This document shows positions 35,573-46,194 of a stretch of DNA of 64,000 nucleotides, in pieces. Location of the stretch: the NCBI GenBank assembly GCA_963710375.1, contig CAVPZX010000002.1, positions 512,001 to 576,000 on the forward strand. Direction: 5' to 3'. The stretch comes from Nitrospirota bacterium (GTDB lineage Bacteria; Nitrospirota; Thermodesulfovibrionia; Thermodesulfovibrionales; Dissulfurispiraceae). Each line of letters begins with the position of its first letter. Position 1 is the stretch's first letter. The translations under genes and the position numbers were made by a program. Below the pieces are notes generated by a model. That model had not been told where the DNA came from, did not search any database, and was given only the letters and a program-made list of their open reading frames with translations.

Positions 35573-37567
35573 GTGCTTAAAGTGGGCGCAAACAGCGCCC
35601 ACTTTAAGTCTCTCTCGAAATCAAAGAATCTCACGTTGCAGCTCTCTACAATCTTTTTATCCACCTTTGCAATCTTCTTATTTTTTCTAACACCCAATGT
35701 GAATACCGGAGACGCTGGGGACCTTATCACTTCCTCTTATTATCTCGGCCTGGCCCACCCTTCCGGTTATCCATTATACCTGCTTGTTGCCAAAACAGTT
35801 ACTCTCTTGCCGTTCGGCAATATAGCCTTTAAAGTTGCCCTTGTATCAGCCTTGTTCAGTTCTCTTTCCCTGACATTATTGTACTGGCTGATATCCTGGC
35901 TGACCTGCAGCCGCGTTGCCGGGTTATTTGCAGCAGCATTGCTACTCGTATCTTATTCTTTTTTTACCCAGTCATTAGTAGCTAAATTTTATTCTCTCAA
36001 TCTGTTTCTGATCTTATCCATATGCGCTGTCTGGCTGTTGCGGATGCGTGATACAGACTTATTCGATGACGAACAAGGTCTTTACGTAACAGCCTTTATT
36101 TTCGGGCTGAGCACAGCCAATCACCACACCGGAATATTGTTGTTGGCTCCTGTGGCGATTGCCCTGTTTACAAGAAAATCAACTTTTAAATTAAAAACAA
36201 TAATAATTGCGATTTCGCTGTTGTTTGCAGGATTTATTATTAATGCATATCTTTTTCTGAGAGGCGGTGAAGACAGATTTTTCACTATTTCATATGTGCG
36301 GGACCTGAGCGATTTTTACGGTGTATTTTTCAGGCAGGTTTATGGAGGCAGCGGCACGCTTACTGCTGCGGCGTCCGCTTTTCAGAATGTTTCCCTATTT
36401 TGGAACGCTATTAAGAATTTCATCTTTGTTTTAACCGCAAATTTCAGTCTGCTTTCATTTCCTCTTTTTTTCGCGGGCATTTATCGACTTCTGAAAAGAG
36501 AGCTTAAGATATTGTTTTTCATGATGTCAGGCCTGCTTGTTTATGGTCCTTTACTAGCAAAGCTCACACTGAGCGAAAAAAATGTATCTGAAAGAGATTA
36601 TTATATTATTGCGCATCAGTATTTTATACCCGCACTTGTTTTTTACGTTTTTTTCGTGGCCATCGGTTTTTATCAAACTGCCGAATGGCTCAAAAAACTG
36701 CCGTTGAAACTTCTTCCAAAAGCCTTACCTGTCATTTTCGCCTTTTTCCCTTTAGTCTTCCTCGTTTCAAGGGCAACCGACAGCGATTATAGAACCAATT
36801 ATGTTCCATACCAATTTACAAAAGACATGTATTCCGTTTTACCCGTAGACAGCGTCTTTTTGACCTTTGGAGACGATCAGGTATTTCAGAGTTTTTACCT
36901 AAAAGAGATCGGCAGGTATCGTGACGATGCATGTCAGCTTGCCGCTGCTGTCAAAAGAGACACCGTATGGAAATTTCAGGGGTGCAACAGAAAAATTTAT
37001 GCCGGCATTTTTCCGGCTGTCTTTACGAAGAATGTAAGAAAGATGGTGCCCCTTATGCTGAAAAACAGATTTTATTCTCCGGATTCGATAACAAAAGACT
37101 TCACCTACAGTAATTATCTATACAGCAGACCGGCATCTTTAATTTATGAATATCTGCCCAAAAAACCTTACGTCGAGAATCAGGAACTTAATGATAGCAG
37201 CATCGATCGGCACATAACCGGTCAAATGAAAAATTCCGCGGACTTAATTAACTATAGCGTTTGCCTGGAGCACTATACCGACGATTACATTACAAGGGCC
37301 AACCAATGTATGAGGTATTTTACTTACTTATTGGAATTTGCAAAGGTATACTCGGGCAAGGAATATGGCAAAACAGGGGAGCGGCTAAAACTCAAATACC
37401 ACATTATTGAGGACCATAAAGACAAAGAGATACGTTCTTATGATATAGCTGTAACAGAAAGAAACCAGCCATATTTAACTGATGCCCTGGATATTAATAA
37501 GCACAATGACTGGAAACTATTCTACATCAGGAGACAGGAACTGGAAGACAACAGATCAGTATTTTAA
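35573..37567 (+). CDS. DUF2723/TMEM260-like GT-C membrane glycosyltransferase
   Basis: GDAGDL...LGLAHPSGYPLY, many TMs, ANHH, GDD motif; start uncertain. Confidence 0.75.
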   Translation: MLKVGANSAHFKSLSKSKNLTLQLSTIFLSTFAIFLFFLTPNVNTGDAGDLITSSYYLGLAHPSGYPLYLLVAKTVTLLPFGNIAFKVALVSALFSSLSLTLLYWLISWLTCSRVAGLFAAALLLVSYSFFTQSLVAKFYSLNLFLILSICAVWLLRMRDTDLFDDEQGLYVTAFIFGLSTANHHTGILLLAPVAIALFTRKSTFKLKTIIIAISLLFAGFIINAYLFLRGGEDRFFTISYVRDLSDFYGVFFRQVYGGSGTLTAAASAFQNVSLFWNAIKNFIFVLTANFSLLSFPLFFAGIYRLLKRELKILFFMMSGLLVYGPLLAKLTLSEKNVSERDYYIIAHQYFIPALVFYVFFVAIGFYQTAEWLKKLPLKLLPKALPVIFAFFPLVFLVSRATDSDYRTNYVPYQFTKDMYSVLPVDSVFLTFGDDQVFQSFYLKEIGRYRDDACQLAAAVKRDTVWKFQGCNRKIYAGIFPAVFTKNVRKMVPLMLKNRFYSPDSITKDFTYSNYLYSRPASLIYEYLPKKPYVENQELNDSSIDRHITGQMKNSADLINYSVCLEHYTDDYITRANQCMRYFTYLLEFAKVYSGKEYGKTGERLKLKYHIIEDHKDKEIRSYDIAVTERNQPYLTDALDINKHNDWKLFYIRRQELEDNRSVF

Positions 37568-37568
37568 A

Positions 37569-38177
37569 ATGAACCGAAACCGAATTATATCAGCCATGCT
37601 TATATCAGGCACAATAGTGCTCCTGATCATTTTGCGCCTCAGCCTCGACCAGTGGCAGGGGTACGGTAATGGTGTGGAGAGTTTGGGGAAAGAGGATTAT
37701 AAGAGCGCTGTCATGTATTTTGACAGGGTCCTCAATGCCCATATACCATTCAGCCCTCTCGAAAAAAAAGCAAAACTCCGTTTAACCGAGCTTGCATTAA
37801 AATTTGAGAAAGAAAAAAAATATGAACTGGCCCTGGTGTGTTATGAGACAATAAGGACATCAAGATATCTGACACGCCATGTTGCCATTCCTGACAGCAA
37901 GGATATTCCATTTTTGAATGACAGAATTGCTTCTATAAAGGCGCAGCTTCTTGTTAAAGATGGCATGGTTAAGGATTTCAAAGAGGGATACGACCAGCAG
38001 ATGGGTATAATGAACAAGGATTTTTCTCCGTCAGTTTTCTGGTCTGCAGTTGCAGTTGCCGCTTTCTGGGCTTATATTGGATTTATCGTACTTTGGATAT
38101 TCAAAAGAAAGAGGGCTTACATATACATATTCTGCCTGGCACTTATTGTATGGATAACCGGTTTATATTTTGCTTAG
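37569..38177 (+). CDS. Membrane protein with a TPR-like helical segment
   Basis: N-terminal TM, helical repeat region, C-terminal TMs. Confidence 0.6.
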   Translation: MNRNRIISAMLISGTIVLLIILRLSLDQWQGYGNGVESLGKEDYKSAVMYFDRVLNAHIPFSPLEKKAKLRLTELALKFEKEKKYELALVCYETIRTSRYLTRHVAIPDSKDIPFLNDRIASIKAQLLVKDGMVKDFKEGYDQQMGIMNKDFSPSVFWSAVAVAAFWAYIGFIVLWIFKRKRAYIYIFCLALIVWITGLYFA

Positions 38178-38279
38178 AATAGACTCCTGGGCTTTTGAAA
38201 GAGGAGGGTCTGCTGGAATGAAAGATGTACTCCGGGACAAAAGCTATACCGGACCGTTACACTTCAGTGCGGCCAGCTC

Positions 38280-39341
38280 ATGAAGAGAGTTTTGATTCTA
38301 AACAGACGCTGCATAAAACATCCGGAAAGAGGGGGGGCGGAGGTCTATACATTTGAGTGTGCAAAGGCGTTGATAGAGCATGGGTACAATGTCGTGTGGT
38401 TTTCTTCGAGGTCCAGTGGACTAGCCGATAAAGAAGAATTAGAGGGGATAACTTTTGTCAGAAAAGGCAATGAACTTACAACACATTTCCATGGTTTTTT
38501 ATATGCCCTGAAAGAGAAAGATTGTTTTATCATAGACGCATTTAATGGCATTGGGTTCTTTACTTTTTTCATGAAAAACTCGATAATCCTGATCCACCAG
38601 ACTTATAATGAATTCTGGACATCTGAATTGGGGTTACTCGGTTATCCATTCAAGTACCTCGAAAAAATCCTGTTACATTTATATAGCGGCAGGCCGGCAA
38701 TCACTGTTTCAGATTCAACATGCCGGGATTTAAAGGAGATCGGATTCAAAAACATCGAAATTATACATAATGGCATTGATATTAAACCATTGGACCATAT
38801 ACCTGAGAAGGAAAGCGCCTTAACGCTGATTTACCTCGGAAGACTTAAGAAAACCAAAAATCCTGAAGATGCAATTAGAGCATTCCTCCGTATAAGAAAC
38901 ACGATTAAAGATGCAAAACTTTGGATCGCAGGAGACGGCCCCCTTTATGGATACCTGACAAAAAAGTATGGACAGTATAGTGATATACATTTTTGGGGAT
39001 TCGTGGAAGACCGGGTGAAGCATGACCTTTTACGGAGGGCCCATTTCCTCCTGGTTCCCAGCATACGCGAGGGATGGGGACTGGTGGTCATAGAGGCCAA
39101 TGCGGCAGGCACCCCTGCAATTGGATACAGGGTCAAAGGGCTCATTGACAGCATTCGGGATGGCCGGACAGGAATACTGGTTGATGACCCTGTCTCCATG
39201 GCGACTCAAGCCATAGTATACTGGCAGGATAAAAAAACGTATGACTCACTTTGCATACAGGCGCTTGAATGGGCAAAGGAGTTTTCCTGGACTAAAACAA
39301 GGAAGCAATTCATTCTCCGCCTTGAGCGAGGGTTATCATGA
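38280..39341 (+). CDS. Glycosyltransferase family 4
   Basis: GGAEVY, YLGRLKKTK, PSIREGWGLVVIEA. Confidence 0.93.
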   Translation: MKRVLILNRRCIKHPERGGAEVYTFECAKALIEHGYNVVWFSSRSSGLADKEELEGITFVRKGNELTTHFHGFLYALKEKDCFIIDAFNGIGFFTFFMKNSIILIHQTYNEFWTSELGLLGYPFKYLEKILLHLYSGRPAITVSDSTCRDLKEIGFKNIEIIHNGIDIKPLDHIPEKESALTLIYLGRLKKTKNPEDAIRAFLRIRNTIKDAKLWIAGDGPLYGYLTKKYGQYSDIHFWGFVEDRVKHDLLRRAHFLLVPSIREGWGLVVIEANAAGTPAIGYRVKGLIDSIRDGRTGILVDDPVSMATQAIVYWQDKKTYDSLCIQALEWAKEFSWTKTRKQFILRLERGLS

Positions 39342-40054
39342 AGGCGCTTGTTGTCATACCAACTTACAATGAAGCAAGCACCATTGAAAAAGTCCTGACA
39401 ATGACTCTTAATGCCATGAACTGCCACATTCTTGTTGTGGACGACAATTCATCGGACATGACAAGAGATATTGTCAGACGCTTTTTTGATACTGGGGAAG
39501 TCTCTATGCTGGAACGCCACTCAAAACTGGGGCTCGGCACAGCCTATGTGGAAGGTTTCCAATGGGGTCTTCAAAACGGGCATGATCTTTTTTTTGAGAT
39601 GGATGCTGACAATTCTCACAATCCCGACTCCCTTCCTTCCTTTGTCGAAAAGATAAGAGAAGGATACGACATTGTTGTCGGCTCACGGTATCTCAATCAT
39701 ACTATCAGTGTTGTCGGTTGGGATTTTCGCAGGCTGCTGATCTCCAAGTTCGGAAACTGGTATGCATCCACTCTGCTGGGGTTGAAACAATTTACCGATT
39801 TGACTAGCGGGTACAGGTGTTATACGAGTACGGCACTGAAGACCATCGGTCTTGAAACGATACGATCAAACGGTTACGCATTCCAGATCGAAATGGTATA
39901 TCGCGGCTATAATAAGGGGCTAAGAGTGGCAGAGATACCTATAATATTCTATGAGCGTGGAGGCGGGGGATCGAAAATGAACCGGAAGATCGTACGGGAG
40001 GCAGTGATGTTGCCCTTTAAACTCAGACTAGATGCTATCAGGCATCATTTATAG
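39338..40054 (+). CDS. Polyprenol monophosphomannose synthase (GT2, Dpm1/Ppm1-like)
   Basis: IPTYNE, VVDDNS, KLGLGTAY, EMDADNSH, DLTSGYR, SNGYAFQIE. Confidence 0.9.
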   Translation: MKALVVIPTYNEASTIEKVLTMTLNAMNCHILVVDDNSSDMTRDIVRRFFDTGEVSMLERHSKLGLGTAYVEGFQWGLQNGHDLFFEMDADNSHNPDSLPSFVEKIREGYDIVVGSRYLNHTISVVGWDFRRLLISKFGNWYASTLLGLKQFTDLTSGYRCYTSTALKTIGLETIRSNGYAFQIEMVYRGYNKGLRVAEIPIIFYERGGGGSKMNRKIVREAVMLPFKLRLDAIRHHL

Positions 40055-40100
40055 AGAGCCTTCTGCCAAAATTGCCGAAAACCATGGGAAACAGATAACA

Positions 40101-41663
40101 ATGTCCGATATTGTAAACTCATCTTTAAAAACAGCTGCAAAAGGCACTGTAGTTATCCTGTTCGGTACAGCGGCCAGCAACATCCTATGGTTTACCACAA
40201 AGTTATTGATAATCAGAAGTACGACAGTGGACCAATTGGGCATCTATTCTCTGGTGATCGCCATTATCGGCGTGAGCACGCTAATTGCCAGTCTCGGGAT
40301 CCATGAAGGCGCAACAAAATATATTTCCCAGTTCATCAGTGAGAACAAATTATTCGATGCCGAATCCATACGGAAAACATCTGTTCAAATAGGCATACTA
40401 TCCGGTATAACAGTCTGTACACTGCTTATTCTGCTGGCCGCTCCCATATCCAGATTCGTTTTTTGCAAGCCTGCCCTTTCAAGCCCCTTAAAGGTCGCAG
40501 CTCTTTTCATACCCTTTAATGTCATAACTATCATTATCATCTGGATTCTTAGAGGATATGGATTAATCAGGGCTAAGGTATATTATATTGACATAGGGAT
40601 ACCGCTGGTTTTTCTTTTTTTCCTCTCTATTTTCCTTTACTTCGAACTTCCATTTATCAGTATTCTTTATGCTTATGTCCTGTCTTCAATCATTGTACTA
40701 TGTTCGACCGGCTACTATGGATACAGGGCAATTGGATTAAACCCGCTTTCATTAGGTGGGGGATCACACTACTCTTCACTCTTGAAATTCTCCGGCTCTG
40801 CTTTTCTCCTCAGCTTGATGCAGACTATCTTCTGTTGGACAGACACGCTTATGTTGGGAAGATATGCCGGCCCCGCAGAAGTAGGGATATACAATATTAG
40901 TGTCGTGCTTGCCACCATGCTGACGTTTCCTTTTATAGCGCTTGGATTCGTGTTCATGCCTATCGCCGGAGAAATGTTTGTAAAAAGACAGCTGCCCGAG
41001 CTTAAAAGGACATACCAGGTGCTTACAAAGTGGATATTTACAGCAAGTCTTCCACTTTTTTTCATACTCTTCTTCTTTCCCGAAATGACTATAACATTTC
41101 TTTTTGGAAACCGATTTCTTGATTCTGCACTGCCCCTTCGCATTCTATCCCTGGGTTTTTTGCTTCAGACTCTTATGGGAACAAGTGTCGTCCTTATGAT
41201 GGTTGCAGGCCTTTCTCAGGAAATCAGGAATATTTCAATATTTGGAACTCTTCTGAATCTTGCGCTGAACTATATGCTTATCAAACGCCTCAATTTAGGT
41301 CTTGTGGGAGCGTCGGCAGCGACCATGCTTTCCTATGTCACAATCAGCACCATCAATTTAATCATCCTTCATAAGAGATATGGAATCGAACCTTTTACAT
41401 TCAGGTATATAAGACCTGTTTTCGGCTCAATGTTTGTCGGAGTGATTATATACATTATTGCAAAGGCGCTCCCCCTCTACTTATGGATGCTTCCCCTATA
41501 TTTAATTTTATTTATGACCGGCTATCTTCTCTCATTAATATTGCTGAAAGGCCTTGACAGCGACGATATCTCTATTTTTGAACTAATTTCTGAAAAAACT
41601 GGTTTGAAAATGCAAGGCCTGAGAAGCTTTCTTCATTTGCTGACAGTCAAAAGGACACTTTGA
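40101..41663 (+). CDS. Polysaccharide flippase (Wzx/MOP family)
   Basis: Many TMs; WTDTLMLG...VGIY, GASAAT. Confidence 0.9.
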   Translation: MSDIVNSSLKTAAKGTVVILFGTAASNILWFTTKLLIIRSTTVDQLGIYSLVIAIIGVSTLIASLGIHEGATKYISQFISENKLFDAESIRKTSVQIGILSGITVCTLLILLAAPISRFVFCKPALSSPLKVAALFIPFNVITIIIIWILRGYGLIRAKVYYIDIGIPLVFLFFLSIFLYFELPFISILYAYVLSSIIVLCSTGYYGYRAIGLNPLSLGGGSHYSSLLKFSGSAFLLSLMQTIFCWTDTLMLGRYAGPAEVGIYNISVVLATMLTFPFIALGFVFMPIAGEMFVKRQLPELKRTYQVLTKWIFTASLPLFFILFFFPEMTITFLFGNRFLDSALPLRILSLGFLLQTLMGTSVVLMMVAGLSQEIRNISIFGTLLNLALNYMLIKRLNLGLVGASAATMLSYVTISTINLIILHKRYGIEPFTFRYIRPVFGSMFVGVIIYIIAKALPLYLWMLPLYLILFMTGYLLSLILLKGLDSDDISIFELISEKTGLKMQGLRSFLHLLTVKRTL

Positions 41664-41726
41664 TATACTATTCATATAAAATTCAAAACAATTTGCAAAC
41701 CTGAAGATGCAGTATAATGATTCGAC

Positions 41727-42482
41727 ATGACAATTTCAGATAAACTTAAGCGATTTGGCAGAAGCTTATATAGTGCTCCTTTGAACTATCCATTGTCTTT
41801 TCAACTTAAGGATCTGCCGCAAAATATATTTGTGCGGACTGTCAAGGCGATGATTTACAGCTTCCTGGAAAAAGGCTATGAAGTCGTGACAAATGAAAGG
41901 ATTGTCGAGATACCATTTGTTTTTCAAAATCTGGACTTGTCGCAAAAGTCCACCATTCTAGATTTTGGTTGCTGTGAAAGTATGGTGTCCATAGAACTTG
42001 CAAGCTTAGGACATAACGTTACAGGAGTAGACATGAATGAGTATATTTATGAACATCCCAATTTTAACTTTATAAAAATCAATTTCTTGAATAATACGTT
42101 TCATGATGAATACTTTGATGCTATTATTGCTATTTCTGCGATTGAACACTGTGGTCTTCCGGCTTATGGGTTGCAGGAATTTTCAGACGGTGACCATATG
42201 GTCATTAATGAGATGTATAGAATTCTTAAAAAGGATGGGAAAATTGCCCTGACTGTTCCATTCGGGGAAAAAGGGTTGATTGAAGGGCACGTGGGGCAAA
42301 GAATTTATGATTATGATTCATTAATGACGCTGTTAAGCAAATTTAAGATTATTAAGGAAGCCTACTTTATCGGGATAGACAAAAAATATTGGCTGCCATC
42401 TACCAAAGCAGATTTACGCGATTTAAACTCTGCTTCAAAAGGATTTGCGCAAGGGGTCGCGTGTATATATGCGTCAAAATAA
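41727..42482 (+). CDS. Class I SAM-dependent methyltransferase
   Basis: ILDFGC, VTGVD, ISAIEH, RILKKDG. Confidence 0.85.
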   Translation: MTISDKLKRFGRSLYSAPLNYPLSFQLKDLPQNIFVRTVKAMIYSFLEKGYEVVTNERIVEIPFVFQNLDLSQKSTILDFGCCESMVSIELASLGHNVTGVDMNEYIYEHPNFNFIKINFLNNTFHDEYFDAIIAISAIEHCGLPAYGLQEFSDGDHMVINEMYRILKKDGKIALTVPFGEKGLIEGHVGQRIYDYDSLMTLLSKFKIIKEAYFIGIDKKYWLPSTKADLRDLNSASKGFAQGVACIYASK

Positions 42483-42508
42483 ACTTATAAATAACCCGGA
42501 GTGAACTC

Positions 42509-43996
42509 TTGGCCGGCAACCCTTCTATTAATAAGCGAGTGTTATTTGTAAATCCTGCAAAAGAAAACGGGTACTATGCTGACCGCATTCATATGGGCTT
42601 TTCACTTCTGGGGCAAATATTGTTAGAGTCAGGTTGCCAGGTAAAGGTAGTAGACTACTCTTTTTTGAAAAGCATTGAATCCGAAACAATGACAATCCCG
42701 CAAATTGAGGATATTATTAAGGATTTTAAACCGGATGTCATAGGAATATCGATTTTCTCATATTTATATGATGAGTCGCAAAAAATGATAGAGCAGGTCG
42801 TCAGATGCTGCAATACTCCAATTATTGTAGGTGGTCCACATGTAACCTTATTTCCCGAAGATTTTTCTAATGATACACGCGTTAGTTACATCGTTAGAGG
42901 TGAAGCTGAAGCCATTATAACCACATTGGTAAATTCCGCCACCCGGGAACTATCGCCGGTATTAATAAACAGCCCTGTCCCAACTCCCGAACAAATACCC
43001 GCAATAAATCTTGATATTGTTCATGAAAGCCGCCATTTAAGAAATTATCAAATACAATTAAGCAGAGGGTGTCCGTTTAATTGCAGTTTTTGCACTATAG
43101 ATTCAATAGCAGGCCGAAAAATGCGCGCACGCGACCTGGACTATTGTCTTGATCAGGTCGTGGAGGCGAAGAGGCGTTACCCTAATATACAGTGTATAGC
43201 AATAACCGATGATTGTCCCACATTTAACGGGGAAAGGTTTAAAGAGTTCTTAAACAAAATCGCTGAAAGAAGGGTTGACGCCTTTCTCACAGTTGATAAT
43301 ATGCGAGCGGATCTTATTGACGAAGAAATGCTCCAACTATATATTAAAGCTGGCGGCCAAAATATTTGTTTGGGTGTTGAGAGTGCGGATCCTGAAGTGT
43401 TTAAAATGGTACATAAAGGTGAATCGCTTGATAAGATAATATATGCAGCCAAGCTGGTTCACAAGTATAATCTCCAATTAGGCCTTTGTTTTGTTATCGG
43501 TTTGCCGGGGGACACTTTGGAAAAAAATAAGGAATCTGTCAAACTGGCAAAAAAATTGAAAGCCGATTACATATTTTGGAATGTATGTGTGCCATGGCCT
43601 GGAACAGAGGTCTATGAGTGGTTCAAAAAAAACGGCAAAATAGGGGATATTCGTAACTTTTCGCCTCTTATCGATTCAAAAATAAATTTTAAAGACCCCC
43701 CTGCCGAATCTAACATCTTCAAAAAAGAGGATATAGTTAAAGCATGGCTGACCGCAAATATGGAAACCTGCAATATCCCAATAATTGCTCTGCGCAACGC
43801 TCGTACCATTCCGGCATTTATGCTGAGATTATTATATTTGACCCGTAGATATAACCTCTATAAATCATCATTTATTTTCATATGGAAACTATTCACGTCT
43901 AAAATGTGGTTTGAGATAAAAAAGAGGCTAAAGGTTTATGTGTGGAAGAGAAGAAGAGAAAAGTTTGCAAAAAATATTCTGTTAAGGATCCCATAA
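42509..43996 (+). CDS. B12-binding radical SAM protein
   Basis: PDVIGIS, IIVGGPH, GEAE, SRGCPFNCSFC, LGVES. Confidence 0.9.
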   Translation: MAGNPSINKRVLFVNPAKENGYYADRIHMGFSLLGQILLESGCQVKVVDYSFLKSIESETMTIPQIEDIIKDFKPDVIGISIFSYLYDESQKMIEQVVRCCNTPIIVGGPHVTLFPEDFSNDTRVSYIVRGEAEAIITTLVNSATRELSPVLINSPVPTPEQIPAINLDIVHESRHLRNYQIQLSRGCPFNCSFCTIDSIAGRKMRARDLDYCLDQVVEAKRRYPNIQCIAITDDCPTFNGERFKEFLNKIAERRVDAFLTVDNMRADLIDEEMLQLYIKAGGQNICLGVESADPEVFKMVHKGESLDKIIYAAKLVHKYNLQLGLCFVIGLPGDTLEKNKESVKLAKKLKADYIFWNVCVPWPGTEVYEWFKKNGKIGDIRNFSPLIDSKINFKDPPAESNIFKKEDIVKAWLTANMETCNIPIIALRNARTIPAFMLRLLYLTRRYNLYKSSFIFIWKLFTSKMWFEIKKRLKVYVWKRRREKFAKNILLRIP

Positions 43997-44000
43997 AGGC

Positions 44001-45122
44001 ATGAACATCGCCGTAGACGCGTTCCCTCTCTCAATGACATTATCTGCGGGAATCTCGAATTATTTAAATAGCATATTGGACAACCTGTTAAGTATTGACA
44101 AAAAAAACCTCTACTTTCTTTTTTGCAAAAATCATTTCCAATTTAATGAGAGAATAAATTTGAGGTTGAGATTCGGGCCTAAGACCGGAAAAAAATCCTT
44201 GTCCTATGTAAACACCTTGTGGCTTTTCAGTATTGGTGTGCGAATGATGAAGAGAGACAAGATTGATATTTTCTGGGGAACAAGGCAAATGCTTCCCCCA
44301 TTTCTTCCAGCCCATACACGAAAGGTGCTTACTGTATATGATATGGTATGGCATTATTTCCCGGAAACGATGGGGAATTACAACCGGCTGGTTTCAGATT
44401 TGCTGGCAATGCGATCCATTAAATCAGCTGACCACATCATAACGATATCTAAAGCCACGGCAGGGGCTCTGACAGAAATTGCAGAAGTTCCACCCCAAAA
44501 GATAAGCGTTGTTTATCCTGCAGCTGATAGCTATAAACCGCTGGATAAGTCAGCCGCAGCCGATTATATTGCAGGGAAGTACAGAACCTCTCTGAAGTAT
44601 ATTCTCACTGTAAGCACTGTAGAGCCTCGGAAAAATTTGATAACTCTGCTCAAGGCATTCGCAGCACTAAAAAATGAGAACGTCCAGCTTCTCATAGCAG
44701 GTGCATCAGGCTGGAAAAATTCAACTATATACTCCGCATATGAAAGACTCGGCTTTTCAGAAAGACAGGTTAAATTCCTAGGATATGTGCCCTACAAAGA
44801 CATGAATAACTTATACTCGGGCGCCTCCCTGTTTGTCTTCCCTTCGATATATGAAGGTTTTGGCATACCGCCTCTTGAAGCCATGGCATCGGGTACGCCT
44901 ATCATCGTATCGAATTCGTCTTCCCTCCCGGAGGTGGCTGGTGAGGCAGGCATACTCCCTGAGCCAATGGATGAAACAGGCTGGCGGAACAGTATACTAA
45001 AAGTGTTGTCGGACGCGTCTCTTCAGGAAGAGATGATAAAAAAAGGCCTTAAGCAGGCAAGTATTTTTTCATGGAAAGAGGCCGCACTACATACTTTGAA
45101 AGTCTTTGAGAAATTTGTTTGA
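44001..45122 (+). CDS. Glycosyltransferase (GT4, mannosyltransferase-like)
   Basis: TVEPRKN, FVFPSIYEGFGIPPLEAM. Confidence 0.93.
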   Translation: MNIAVDAFPLSMTLSAGISNYLNSILDNLLSIDKKNLYFLFCKNHFQFNERINLRLRFGPKTGKKSLSYVNTLWLFSIGVRMMKRDKIDIFWGTRQMLPPFLPAHTRKVLTVYDMVWHYFPETMGNYNRLVSDLLAMRSIKSADHIITISKATAGALTEIAEVPPQKISVVYPAADSYKPLDKSAAADYIAGKYRTSLKYILTVSTVEPRKNLITLLKAFAALKNENVQLLIAGASGWKNSTIYSAYERLGFSERQVKFLGYVPYKDMNNLYSGASLFVFPSIYEGFGIPPLEAMASGTPIIVSNSSSLPEVAGEAGILPEPMDETGWRNSILKVLSDASLQEEMIKKGLKQASIFSWKEAALHTLKVFEKFV

Positions 45123-45152
45123 ATATATAATCTGATCATTGGGGAGGCTAAT

Positions 45153-46175
45153 TTGATCAAAAAAGCACTTATAACAGGAATCACCGGTCAGGACGGAGCA
45201 TATCTGTCAAAGCTGCTGCTCGAAAAAGGCTATGAGGTGTATGGCGCATTCAGGCGCACTTCTGATCTGAATATGGGCCGCATGAAGTTTCTCGGCATCG
45301 ACAACAATATAGAGTTTGTGCCTCTTGAACTCCTTGAGTTTACCAATATTCAAAAGACACTCGAAGCCATAAAGCCCGACGAGGTCTATAACCTGGGCGC
45401 GCAGAGTTTTGTAGCACTTTCTTTTGAGCAGCCTATTTTTACCGCTGATGTCACAGGCCTTGGCGTACTCAGGATGCTGGAGGCTATACGCGCCGTCAAT
45501 CCCCAGATACGGTTTTATCAGGCATCGAGCAGCGAGATGTTCGGCAAGGTAAGGGAGACTCCCCAGAATGAACAGACACCATTTCATCCGCGGAGCCCTT
45601 ATGCGGCATCGAAACTTTTCGGGCACTGTATGGCTGTAAATTACCGTGAATCATATGACATGTTCGCCTGCTCCGGCATTCTTTTTAATCATGAGTCTCC
45701 CCTGCGGGGACTTGAGTTTGTTACTCGAAAAGTCACTCATGCGGTCGCAAGAATAAAACTGCGACTTCAGGAAAAACTTTCTCTTGGCAATCTGGATTCG
45801 ATGCGTGACTGGGGATATGCCGCAGAATACGTGGAGGCAATGTGGCTTATGCTTCAGCAGTCCAGGCCTGACGATTATGTAATTGCCACGGGTGAAACGC
45901 ACAGCGTCAGGGAGTTTGTGGTGACGGCATTCAGGGAGGCCGGGATCGAGCTGGAATGGACTGGACATGGTATTCACGAAAAAGGTGTAGAAAGGGCGAC
46001 AGGCAAGACTCTCGTTGAAATAGCACCGCAATTCTTCAGACCTGCTGAAGTAGATGTCCTGACAGGGGATTATTCCAAGGCAAAGGCAAAACTAGGATGG
46101 GAACCTAAAACCACTTTTAATGATCTCGTTAAAATTATGGTGCATCATGACATAAGTATTACGGAAAAAGGTTAA
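45153..46175 (+). CDS. gmd: GDP-mannose 4,6-dehydratase
   Basis: [43 protein letters not shown]. Confidence 0.97.
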   Translation: MIKKALITGITGQDGAYLSKLLLEKGYEVYGAFRRTSDLNMGRMKFLGIDNNIEFVPLELLEFTNIQKTLEAIKPDEVYNLGAQSFVALSFEQPIFTADVTGLGVLRMLEAIRAVNPQIRFYQASSSEMFGKVRETPQNEQTPFHPRSPYAASKLFGHCMAVNYRESYDMFACSGILFNHESPLRGLEFVTRKVTHAVARIKLRLQEKLSLGNLDSMRDWGYAAEYVEAMWLMLQQSRPDDYVIATGETHSVREFVVTAFREAGIELEWTGHGIHEKGVERATGKTLVEIAPQFFRPAEVDVLTGDYSKAKAKLGWEPKTTFNDLVKIMVHHDISITEKG

Positions 46176-46194
46176 CCTGCATGTATCCTTCCTT

